Assembly (NCBI GenBank): GCA_964247055.1
Contig: OZ176051.1
Location: 12,214,001 to 12,278,000, forward strand
Reading direction: 5' to 3'
DNA length: 64,000 nt
Source: Paragordius varius
Taxonomy: Eukaryota > Animalia > Nematomorpha
The notes under the pieces are model-generated. The model was not told where the DNA came from. It did not search any database and worked only from the letters and a program-made list of their open reading frames with translations. The position numbers were made by a program, and so were the translations under genes. Below are positions 38,366-50,183 of the stretch, in pieces. The first letter of the stretch is position 1; every line of letters starts with the position of its first letter.

Positions 38366-40559
38366 TGCTTAAAAAAGTCTAAAAAACTAATCGTATATGT
38401 CATATAATCATGCGGGTGAACTGAATTATGAATAAGTTTTTATTTTCCAATCATAATCATTGTCTTTCCGTTTCCCAAAAACTAAGGATTAAAATAAAAC
38501 ACGGTTAATTTTGTGGTGTAATGGTTTGTAATATTATTTCTACTTTCAAACACATGACATTAAATAAAAGTGTATTTATGATATCTTAAAGTGTTTTTCA
38601 ACCAGTCTCACCATGTTCCAAAATACCATATTTTATTAATAATTAAATTAGGAGAGTGTACAAATATTTAAAAATATTTTGGATATCTTACGCGTATATT
38701 AATTTGCGTTTATTCTAAAAAAATCGTATTGAAGGCTAAATTACTTTCGGAGCCCGTCTAAAATTTAAATTCTTTTGTTTTTGGAATGCATTTACATATC
38801 AACATATGTGTGTAAAAAAAGCATTAAATGTGTCCCACAAAATCGTATTAAAAATAATTTAACCAACAAGCTTAGGTATTTCGTTTATGTGAAGATGGTT
38901 CGACGCTCTTAATATCATAGTTTTACCCTGCTCATAGTGATGCAATGCCTAAAACAAAAAAATGGCTTTGAGGCACTGAGAAGATATCAAAATTTCGAAG
39001 TGTGATTTAAATTGGATTGGAGATAAAGAAATTTGTGAAAAACAGCTCTTAAAAAGTACTGTTAACTGCAGACATCGATTTCAGGCTAAAACCGACACTT
39101 AATTTGGTTATTTATTCAATTAATTAAATCTTTACATTGTAACTATTAATATAATTCCTGGAAAACTTCAAATATTTTTGATTCTAGTGCCAATTACCCT
39201 CTATTTATTTGTTTGCTATCAGTAATGGTTTTACTGCTGTTTGATCATCTGTATTTATAAATTATTCCGTTAGCTATTATAAGTTTTTGTCAAAAAAACT
39301 TTTATTAACTATAAAATTAAACTTAAATTAATATTGCATAAAATCATGGGAAAACACATCCTGGCATTTATATATTCATGCATCGGTATTCTCATGATGC
39401 CTTAAAACCTAGTATTCAAAAATTTATTCACTTTTGTGGCTATTAATAAAGATCGCAAAAGTAGTACGCATTATGCTAAATATTTTTTGAAAAATTCTTA
39501 TTTTTTATCAGATGTAAATCCCAAAAGACTTGCATTTTTGGATTCTTTTATAATGGGCTTTTTTGTTAAATGAACGAATGACGAAATTGAATTTTTTTAA
39601 ATGCATTGAAAACGTATTTTTTGTCGGATGCATGAAAGAAACTTTATGGACAGACTATTTTATATAAAATAATGATATTAAACATTTATTTAAAAATTGT
39701 TAAAAGTTAGCATTAAGCCATCGGATCATTTAAAAAAAATTTCATAATAAAGTTTTTATATTTTAGCTTCAAATATAAAATACGGTTCAACAAAATATAT
39801 CCAATTTTTTTTATTTTTATATCATACTATATATATAAAAGATGTTATCGCGCAATCTCGGCATTTTTGGCTTTATTTGAGAAATACCTATTTTGAAAGA
39901 TACATCCGCATTTCAGAGCCCACATATAAAAGTAAATTTTATTTATAAATATTTCTTTTCGTTTATATTTTACGATCCTTTAATCATATTTTGGACTCTA
40001 GTCATGATCAATAAAATATTTATAATGTCTGCTTTACTGATTTTTTGATATGGAGTAACTATTAACTGCTCATTTTAATGACTTTGCCTTAAACAGACAC
40101 AATGAAATTCTTAATATATTTCAGAAAATATAGGTTTATTAGGAATTTTTCCGGATCTGCATATCTCATTTAATAGGCTTATTAAGAAATAATCAGTACT
40201 TTTGTGGGGATATGCTCCACATCAAAAAAATAAAATAACGGACAATGTATCTATTAATTTTGGAAAGCCTAAAGCCAAATTTTGCTAATTGGAAGAACAC
40301 GTATCAGAATTAATTTTCATGCTGCTGGTTTTGGGGGCTTTTACGTCATTAAAAAATATTTCGTCGTGGTTTGCATCTCGAAAGCAAAATCTCAAAATAA
40401 CGCACACTACTATGCCGAAAATGCGGCAAATATGTTATAAGTAATTCGATCCAATGCCCAATTTAAATTCTGGTTTCATAAAAAAAATACTAATCTTTCA
40501 ACCTTTCCAGAAAATAACGATATATGCCGAAAATGCTTAAGGAAAGAATCTCCGCCTAA

Positions 40560-41118
40560 TTACGTTATCATCAAGTTTGGGATTGAGACAGTTGAGAGCT
40601 TTGTTTATCTGGCAGATAAGATATCAGCAGGTGGATGACTTGAAGAAACTGTGCATCGCATAGCTCAGTTCTGGAACAGATATATTAACCTCGTAACAAT
40701 AACTCAATTATACAATGGATCGGAAACATGGGTACTGACAAACACGCTCGTTAGGTTACTTCAAGCAGAACGTAGAATTTTAAATATAATTTTATATCTG
40801 CACGATCCCAAGCAATTTAATTACACAACGAACCATGACCCCCACACTGTCCTAAAAATAAAATCAATAGCCGTCATTCAAATGGGTGGGTTAAGATGGG
40901 CGGATTACATACATCGTAGAGATCCGTCCCACATACTTAAAACCATGTTACATTGCAAAGAGGACACCGCACCTAAAGCGGGCAGACCCCATAAAACATA
41001 CTGGAAAATAATTCGGGAGGATCTATCTCAACATAAATTAGATATAAACTTAGCTCATAATAGAACTTTATGGAGAAGACAAATACAAGAGACTGGTACA
41101 ACCTCTTCAATGAACTAA
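40560..41118 (+). mobile_element. 3' fragment of an older RTE/RTE-X-like non-LTR retrotransposon
   Basis: YNGSETW, LRWADYIHRR, GRPHKTYW and AHNRTLWR motifs typical of the post-RT domain. Confidence 0.75.
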
Positions 41119-41648
41119 TGTAAAAAGGTTCTATTTATAAAATATAATTAAAATGCAAAAGTTTGGTACTAATAATTTTTAGATGTAAGTTCTGATCTCA
41201 TTTTTAAAGACCCTCCAAAATTGGGCTAGTTTTATTAGTAAAATTGCCGAAAAAAGTTTGAGGTTGCAAGGGGGTTATATGAAAAGATAAAATATAAAAC
41301 GAAAATATATCACATTATTTTATATAAAACGACTAATTAATTAGAGAACTAATCAATTGTATGAATAAATTCGTTATGCTTAGTAAATGAATGTATATAA
41401 TTCGCCTGATCCGCTCTTTAAGAAAAATGGGTTTATTATTTTAAAATGTTAAACATATATATCCCATTTTTATCGTTTGACCATATCTCAAATTTTACCA
41501 ATAAATTTTGCAATCATATTGCTAACTTTTTTAGTAAAATAAGTAATTTATTAGTCATAAAAAAGACATAATGGCTATTAAAACATAATAATAATATATG
41601 TGTTTTATCAACAATTTACAAAACTGTTAAAGATTAGTATCAACTTTA

Positions 41649-44600
41649 TTAAAAAGTTTTTTGGGATTCTGCTGCTTTAGCCTTTTCCTTTTTGAGTTTT
41701 TTCAGATCTGCCGCCATTTTTTCTTCCTCCTTAACAAAACATGCAAAAATTGTTGATAAAACTTTTGTATAGAGTTTATAAAATTATTTTAAAAAAATGG
41801 AACAAAGTGAAAAACCTCTTGAGTATATGGCTTAAGGATTTCCGTTACTATACCAGTACCAATAGTTTTATCTCCGTCTCGCAACGTAAATTGTTTGCCC
41901 GTTTCCAGAACCATTGGTTTAAGCATATTAATTTCTATGACAGCATCTTCTCCAGGCATTATCATATTCTAACATTCGACAAATTTTTACATTAAACAAA
42001 CCTTCAATAAAAATAAATTGGTAATTACATGTAGAACATGTTAGTAATATATAGTGTTGCGTAAAAACGGTTAATAAAAATTAATAAAAACAATTATGCT
42101 TTTTCAAACCTTAGTTTTTATAACCTTTTTGTATTGCAAAATAAGGAGTAAAGGTGTAAATTAAGATTCTTGATTATATATTCCAAAATTTATATGGTTT
42201 ATGTAGGAAGTATCATGATTTACAAAAATATGGTTGTCATATTTAAAAAATATCTTTTAACTTTTACGTTTTGTCTGTAAAATTTTAATTTTTAAAACAG
42301 CTAGTTATATTTTAGAAAAAATACTATGCGTGAAAAAGAACGAGTAAAATATAAATAAAAATAATAAGGTAAATGGCTTCTTATTTGGAATAATAGTTAG
42401 ATTTAATTTTACAACTCCACAAAATTTTATCATAAAAAGGTGGAAATATTCAATTTTTTTTAATTTTTATTTCTAAACATTTCCAATCCTAAATCATTGG
42501 CATAACGTTTATTTTTATAATAAGATCATATAAATATGCAAGTGTATTTAAATTACAATATACGCTTAACAGCTTTTTGTGGTAAAATTTTTTATCATTA
42601 GTAGAAAAATAATAACCTGTCCGGGATTCAAGAAAATATTTCCGACACAATTCCACGTCATACAAAAGAGCATCGGATGGTGATGGTTAAGGATGGGCTT
42701 ATCACGACCCCCTTCAGCTTTGGATAAGAAGTAAACCTTCCATTTAAGATAAAAAATATATAAACGGTGATGAAAAAAAAGCAAAATAAAATTATGAAAA
42801 TATTATTAAAGTATTATTTACTCCATCTTATTCTTCTCACAATAAAAGATTAAAAAAGTAATAATGTTGAGATATGTTATGCTAAAAAAGGAAAAAATTT
42901 AGCCAAAATGATTACTTGTGCCTTAAACCGTTTATGAGTGAAAACAGTTTTGGGTTTGGCTACAACAAAACCGCGTTTAACTTCCTCTCGTTTAATGCCT
43001 CGAACCAATAGGCCGATTTGATCGCCGGCTTCAGCTTTATCAAGGGTTTGTTGGAACGTTTCAACACCTAAGAATCAAAAAAATGGTATTTTAACTTACC
43101 AAACATTAGATTAATATAATATATGAAGCATAAAACCAAGGGCAATTTTATTATCAAAGTCCTATTGCCACCTCCCCGTGGTGTTGGCTGGGGCATGAAA
43201 ATGCGCTAACGGCAAATGCCAGTTTTCTAATGATCTGTAAAATCATTAGTTGTACACAAGGGCATGTGTTACGTAAAAAATTGCTTCACTAAACCATGAA
43301 GTATAATAATATGAATATGAAAGAACACTAAAACCTTACCAACATCTCAAACAATAATATTCCAACTTATAATTATTTTTATAATATATAGATCGTAATT
43401 TATGGAATTAATTACTTCGTGGTCACAAAACTCCGAATATGGAGTCCTAATATTATCCATATATAAAATTCTTATAATAACATGCATCTGCTTAGCACGA
43501 TAGAATTAAAACCAAAATATTTTTAAATATAATATGAAATTATAATCAACAGAAAAATATGTGGAAACTAATAAATTTAGCCTCATGCATATTACCAAAA
43601 TATTATCGCTCATAATACACAAATTTCATTTTATGATTTATCATGATATTATCTGTGATAATAATTTTCGGAATCGATTGATAATACTATGAAAATAAAA
43701 AGATTAATTGATTCTTCTATAATGCAAAAATGTTATAATAAAATTAACATTATAATAAACCAGTTATTGTAGTTTTGATTGGTTTTATACCGGAACCAAC
43801 TATTTCAGCTTCCATGCCTTTATTCAACATTCCGCGATCCAATTTGCCAGTTAATACAGTGCCACGGCCTATAAATATGTTATTTTAAACAAAAATAAAA
43901 ATTAATTATTTTAGAGATTTGAGTACAAAATATCACTAACTTTGCCAAAATGTTGGTTGATATGTAACACAGGAGAGATTAAATGTAAAACTTGTTGGCA
44001 CTTCAAATATTTTTTGAAGCCAGAAATACCCAAAATTATAAAGTAATATTCTTATTATTGAAATTAATTTTTTAGAAAATATTGATTAATGATACATATT
44101 GAAGTTAAAAATATTTTTATCTGTAGAGTGAAAAGCCCCAGTGACCATAATTGCGGAAAAAACAAGGCTGCTCAATATCCGAATCATGACAGTTGATGAG
44201 ACAAGTTCATATTAATTTTAATTATTCAGTTTTTTCTTGTAACAAATAATAATTACATCTTATTTTTAGCTTATTATGATAGCTCCGAAATATTCACAAA
44301 GTTTTTTATTTTAAAAATGAAAAAGGTTAAAATTTCTTCAAGCTAAACCAATTTTGCAATAGAAATATTGTTTGATTTTATAAAATTTCGTATCTAGATA
44401 ATTTTTCAGCCGCAGAAATATTTCGGAGAGCCTCATGTTGGATACCTAAAAGCATCAAACACAACCATACATAATTAATGAAAACTCGATCAGTATAAAA
44501 ATATATGTAAAATAAAAGATATATCATCAGATGGCCCGCTGCTATCAAACATGGAACATTAATGTATTAAAAATGCAAAAATGTTCTATTTCGCAGATCA

Positions 44601-44802
44601 ATTTGTTATCATCATAAGTTGTTTGTAACTTTGTTACATTAACTAAAGAATAAAGCTTATTCTCTTATTAATAAAAAACCAATTATAACAAGAATGTTAA
44701 ATAACAAAATATCAGGATATAGTAAAATAAAATATATCTCATATTCGATTACAAACTTAATTTAATAATTTTTCTCCAATATAAGCCATCTTTTTACTTA
44801 TT

Positions 44803-44858
<56 letters not shown>

Positions 44859-47800
44859 TTTATTATTAACCAGATATGGCGTACACATTTTCGATTGGCA
44901 TCATAAAGGGTTTATCAAGTATGCGTTCCGGAACAGGGATATGGTTATCACAAGCTTCAAGTAATTTAACAATACTTTCTTCACCCAATTTCGGGTTTTT
45001 TTCCTGCAACACACATTATGATAAAAATTATGGCTATATAAGGTATATAAATAACATGAAAAATGAATCAAATTATAACCACTTTGTTATTTCATTTTTT
45101 GATACACTATAATTCGGGGTAATTTTATACCCCAAATCTTAAAATTGTAAATATACTACTGTTTGAAAAGTTGTAATCGTCAAAATTTAATAAAAAATTT
45201 TTTGTAGTGTTTAAAAAATTCTAATTTTTTTTTTGTAATAACTTCTCTAGCGCCATATTTAGATAGCTACAAAAACGAAAAAGAACAGCTGAAATTAAAA
45301 TATATAATCTATGAAAATTAATTTACATTTTTAACCATATACAATTATTTGCCTGTTAAATTAGCGATTTTAAAAAATTTAATTTTATACAATTTCACTT
45401 TGTTAAATTTTTTTGTATCACAGGCTTAAAAGGCCAAAGAAATCAAATTTTAAAATTCCCAATACAAAAATATTTCTATTAATTTTTAAATTTTAAATGA
45501 CTCTGATGTTTAAAACTACACCATAAGGTCATGAAAGGCTAGTGCAAGAAACTTATAATGAACATCCTATTTGCTCTTAACCTAATTTAATAACTAAATG
45601 AAATTTATTCAATCAAGTCAACGGCTTTTAAAAGGAAACGAAGAACTTTTATTTCTGCTATTTTATACCAAAAATAATGTAAAAAATGATGAAAAACGAT
45701 AAAATATTAAACCTCTAATGCCATTAGAGCGGAACCACATACGATAGGAGTATTATCGCCATCATAGCCATAGGTATTGAGTAATTCACGTATTTCCATT
45801 TCCACCTATAAAAAATATGAGAAAAATAGACAATGTTTTAGATCCTACAAATATTAAAAAAAACTAAATTAGGGATATATTTCATGGTCAAAATAAAACA
45901 ATTTAATATGTATAAAACATACCAAATCCAACATTTCTTGATCTGCGGAGTCGGCTTTATTAATGTATACAACTATATTTTTGATTCCAATCTAAAATTT
46001 CAAAAAAATGAGTAAAACGCATTTAATTTAGAAACAAATTATTGTTTTATTTTCGAATAAGCCAATATAGACCAACACAAAGAGATCCAGTTATAAATAA
46101 AAAATTTTTAAGCTATACCATTGCCTCCGAAAACAGTATTGAAAATATTATTAATTCATAAAATCAAAAATTAAGCGTCAAAGATGTGTATATAAAAATT
46201 GGGGAAATAAATATATTAAGTATCAATGAAATTATTACTACCAATAAGTAAGCCATACAAAACAAATAATATGGGTTAATAACAGCTCTTTAAATTAGTA
46301 AACCTTTAAATCTGGAAAATACACCCCTATAAATTGCAAATAAATTTTATAATTGGTCTGTTTGCACTTAAATAATCTAAAAAAACCAGTTACTAATATG
46401 TGATTCAAATTATATATATAATATTTTTAGTTAAATTTATAAAATGATTACAATTTGATCTTTTAACGCTATTTTTATGCTAACACATATAGAAAAATAC
46501 GTCAAAGATTATCTTTCTTCTTAAATATAAAGGCTTAAATTCAATTAAGGGCTTTCTTAATAACAAAAAAAGGTGCGCATAAAGTGTAACCATCAAACCT
46601 AAAAAAAAGTTTTGCACCAAAACAATTATGAGAGAAGGATGAATAAATTCCACAAACAAAATTAATCTGAATCGCAACTAATAAACTGTAACTATAGATA
46701 AGTACTAAAAATTGTTACTTGTTTAGCCAAGAGTAAATGTTCACGAGTTTGAGGCATGGTTCCGTCGGTCGCAGCTACAACCAAGATTGCACCATCCATT
46801 TGAGCAGCACCGGTTATCATATTCTGGATTGTTCGATAAAATTTATAATATACTTCGATTGACTGAGAATACATATTTTTTGGCCAACAAGTATTATATT
46901 TATAGTTAGTTCCAATGATAAAAATATGTAACAAAAATTCCAACATATTCTTATAAAAAATGATAAATCATTTAATATAAAACGGCTAATTTATATTATG
47001 AATAAAAGCATACACATAAATTTGGAAAAAATAAGTTTATGCGGCATTTACAAACTCACTAACTAATTAATAATTTTGCTTAACAAAGATATGACACTTT
47101 ACAACACCAATACTATAATTTCAATTTCAAAATCATATTTAACCCAAATTAAAGCGTTCAAAATTCCAACCATTTGTGATCTCTATAGGCCTGCAACATT
47201 GTTTTAATAATATAATTATTAACAGGATTTTATCTACTGAATATTAGCATTGAACCGTGGAAAACCTGGCGAAAATTTAAGTAAATTTATAGATCCTATA
47301 ATATTCCGTTGTGATACGTGGGTTTAAATTTATAGTGCGCCACTCATTGTTGCCACTCGGTTTAAATCAGGCGCGTTCAAAAAAAAGTTTCAGTCAAATT
47401 TCAAAAGATATAATTTTTCAAACTTATCTATAAATCCTGATTCGACAATCGATTTGCAATTATTAAGAATGAGACAAGAAAACTTTAGGATTAAATTTTT
47501 TAAAAAAACTGGCTCCTTAGCTTAAAACGGTACTCTTTAAGTTTCTTATTGATGTCGCTTATTAGTGTCCCAAAAAAATATTTTAAATTGTTTAACGATC
47601 TGCTCTTAGTATTTTTAAAATATAATAACTAACATATTAACCTTAATATAATCCAAATGACCTGGACAATCTGTGTGTGCATAATGTCTGTTATCCGTAT
47701 AATATTCAAAGTGTGCTGCATTTATAGTTATGCCACGAAGTTTTTCTTCAGGAGCTTTGTCGATTTCATCGTATTTTTTAAAATTGGCCAAATTCTTTTT

Positions 47801-48094
47801 TGCCAACACTAAAATTATTTAACCCAATAAAACCTTTGGTTATTGCAGCGGACAGAGTTGTCTTCCCATGATCGACATGACCAATCGTCCCAATATTTAT
47901 ATGAGGCTTAGTTCTTACAAATGACTTTTTCCCTCCAGCCGGGCTATACTGTGGTGCAGCAACTGCGGCAGATAAGCCTCTATAAATATTACAATATAAA
48001 ATCTTAAATATTAATAAAACATTACTTGATTATATGTTTTTAAGGAGGAAGCTGATATATTTGAAATTAGTTTTAGGTTTGTGGCCATATACAT
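41649..48094 (-). CDS. TUFM: Mitochondrial elongation factor Tu, 472 aa. Exons: 48094-48026, 48002-47834, 47808-47642, 46823-46719, 45991-45923, 45805-45713, 45003-44871, 43868-43761, 43067-42916, 42736-42617, 41968-41816, 41729-41649
   Basis: [35 protein letters not shown] and MPGED motifs. N-terminal transit-like peptide. All junctions are GT-AG with consistent phases. AATAAA overlaps the stop of the last exon. The first and last exons are less certain than the core. Confidence 0.95.
43140..43215 (+). ncRNA. HDV-like self-cleaving ribozyme candidate (nested double pseudoknot)
   Basis: P1 GGGCAAT/GTTGGCT (G1-U wobble, one G-G mismatch); P2 TTGCC/GGCAA; P3 ACC/GGT; L3 TCCCCGT; J1/4 GGG; P4 GCAT-gaaa-ATGC; J4/2 GCTAAC (catalytic C at 43206). 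Confidence 0.7.
44808..44854. repeat. (AT)n microsatellite in a TUFM intron, ~16 nt from a splice donor
   Basis: Direct reading. Confidence 0.95.
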
Positions 48095-48594
48095 GCTGGA
48101 TTATGATAAACGTATTTCTAAAAGTGTATGGGTTGCAAATTTATTATCAGCGGCTATCAGTATTAGTATTCTAGTTTTTTCCCAGAACATTTAAATATTA
48201 TAAATAACTCGATGGCTAGAATTAAAAATATTTTTTTCTGGGTAGCACAGAAAGATTCAAAGAAATTAATTTGCCGCAAATTTTACTTCTAAACAATTAT
48301 TATATTTTTAGTTAATTTTACGGTTAAGTATATAAACTTCTTTGGGGAATTTATTGTCGAAGTTAATATTACTCATAAAAAATTATATTTTAAACAGTGT
48401 GTTAAGCTCAGCTTAAATTTGGGTAGCACGATTAAAAAATAATATTAATGAAAAATACCAATTACATTTTATAATACACCATTAGAATGTATTATTATGC
48501 TGTAAGGACTTATAAAAAATAGTATAATTATTATTTTCATGACCTTTTGTGGTAGTTTTCCAGAGTGATTTGAAATTTGATATCTTAAAAAGCA

Positions 48595-49682
48595 TATAAT
48601 TGCTACATCCCCCAGACTATAGTTATTTACAAAAACTACCTGAAAACACGGCCTATATTTGAATTTATGCTTCTATCCTAATAAAAATTTTATAAATAAG
48701 CCGAAGTATCTAAATAAATAGTTTTAAAACAAATTCCATATCATACTTTGACGCCATTTTTTTACAACATTTTGCAAAATATCTTGTTTATTTTAACACT
48801 TGGATACAACACATTTTCAGTCCTTCGATTCAAATTGGGGTTATTGGACTCCAGGCCTGTCTAAATTAATTAATTCAAAAAATATAGAAGGGATTGAAAC
48901 CGGCAAAAATTTGCACATTTATAACATTAATGAGCCGAAATATATTATTTCATTCAAAAATATTTGATAATACTTATTTTCAAACAAAACCTCAAGGTAA
49001 AAATTTAGTCAACATGACATGTGTGCATTAGTGAAATTAGAAAATAATACAAAATAAACCACTTTTTCTGTTTCTATCAATGTTAGATGAAAAGAAAAAT
49101 CATGTAATTTAAATGAAAAATCAGCTTTTATTTTAATTTTAAAATAAAATAAACACGATATTTTGAATAAATGTTGTAAAATATAAATGGCGTCGAAGTA
49201 GTTTGATATGAAACCTTTTTCTTTCAAAACCAAATTTTATTTAGATATTTTGGCTTATTAATATAATTTTGATTAGGATAGAAGCAAATTGAATTGGGAC
49301 CGTTTCTTTCAGTAGTTTTTTAAAAATTTCAACTTAAATATAGTGTGGGGTATTTAGATACCGCAATTTGAATTGAATTAACGGTGAAATCGAAGCAAAA
49401 TTTTTTATAGAAATTATTTCCAAGATTAATGGAAACTGAAAAAGTCGTTTATTTTGTATCATTTTTAAATTTGGCTACTGCGCACATGTCATGTTGACTA
49501 AATTTTCAACTTTTGATTCTGCCTTAAATTAATTAATAATCTTTTGAAAAAATATTTTTATATATCGGTTTTTCGTTGTTATATATGTGCAAATTTTTGC
49601 AATGGTTTCAATAATTCCTTCCATATTTATTGTGGTATTTAATTTTAAAAAGGCCCGGGTGTCCAACTACCCCAGTTTGAAT
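48595..49682. mobile_element. ~545-bp MITE (48828-49372) nested in an opposite-orientation copy of the same family, giving interleaved inverted repeats
   Basis: 48605-48795 is reverse-complement similar to 49145-49345, and 48828-49100 to 49400-49682. Inner ends TCAAATTGGGGTTAT / ATACCGCAATTTGA. Confidence 0.6.
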
Positions 49683-49799
49683 CAAACGATAAAATGAATA
49701 TGTTGTATCCAGGGGTAAAACCGAATTACTAAATATGCTTTCCTTAGTCTTTTAGGGACATCAAACATTTTTTTTTAAAAAAATATGATTTTAAAAATT

Positions 49800-50090
49800 C
49801 CAATCTCAAATTTTTTCGCCGCCATTTTAAATCATTTATATCCCTGATACAACAGGGAAATAAATGTAAATTATGGTTAATAAATGTCATTAAAACCAGG
49901 TCATATTTTATCTGCAAAAATTTAATTAGCTGTTCGTTTTTATCGTGTTTTAGATCTGTCTCAATTATAGAATATGCTATAAAACTATATTAGCTTTATT
50001 ATCTAAGAGATAAATATTTGATAATTATATATCAACTAAAATACCTTTCAAAACAGTGGCTGTGCTCTGGGATAAAAAAACTACCCCAAT
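49800..50090. mobile_element. Partial MITE family A copy
   Basis: CGCCGCCATTTT core and CTCTGGGAT...AACTACCCC terminus. Confidence 0.6.
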
Positions 50091-50183
50091 ATGTCAGCTA
50101 GCACAAAAAAGTGAAAAGATCATGAGGTTTTAATATTGATTATTACACCATAACCTTTTATTTGATAATATCTTAATTTAAGG

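Noticed and set aside
41741-41995. Plus-strand ORFs at 41741 and 44876
   Set aside because: Antisense shadows of TUFM exons.
43068-43099. Strong GTAAGT donor forming a possible 32-nt intron upstream of an EF-Tu exon
   Set aside because: The EF-Tu sequence is already contiguous (TTITG|VETF) with no missing residues, so this is at most a cryptic site.
47615-47950. EF-Tu as a bacterial horizontal transfer or contaminant
   Set aside because: Eleven spliceosomal introns, a transit-like N-terminus and a metazoan gene neighbourhood indicate an ordinary nuclear mitochondrial gene.
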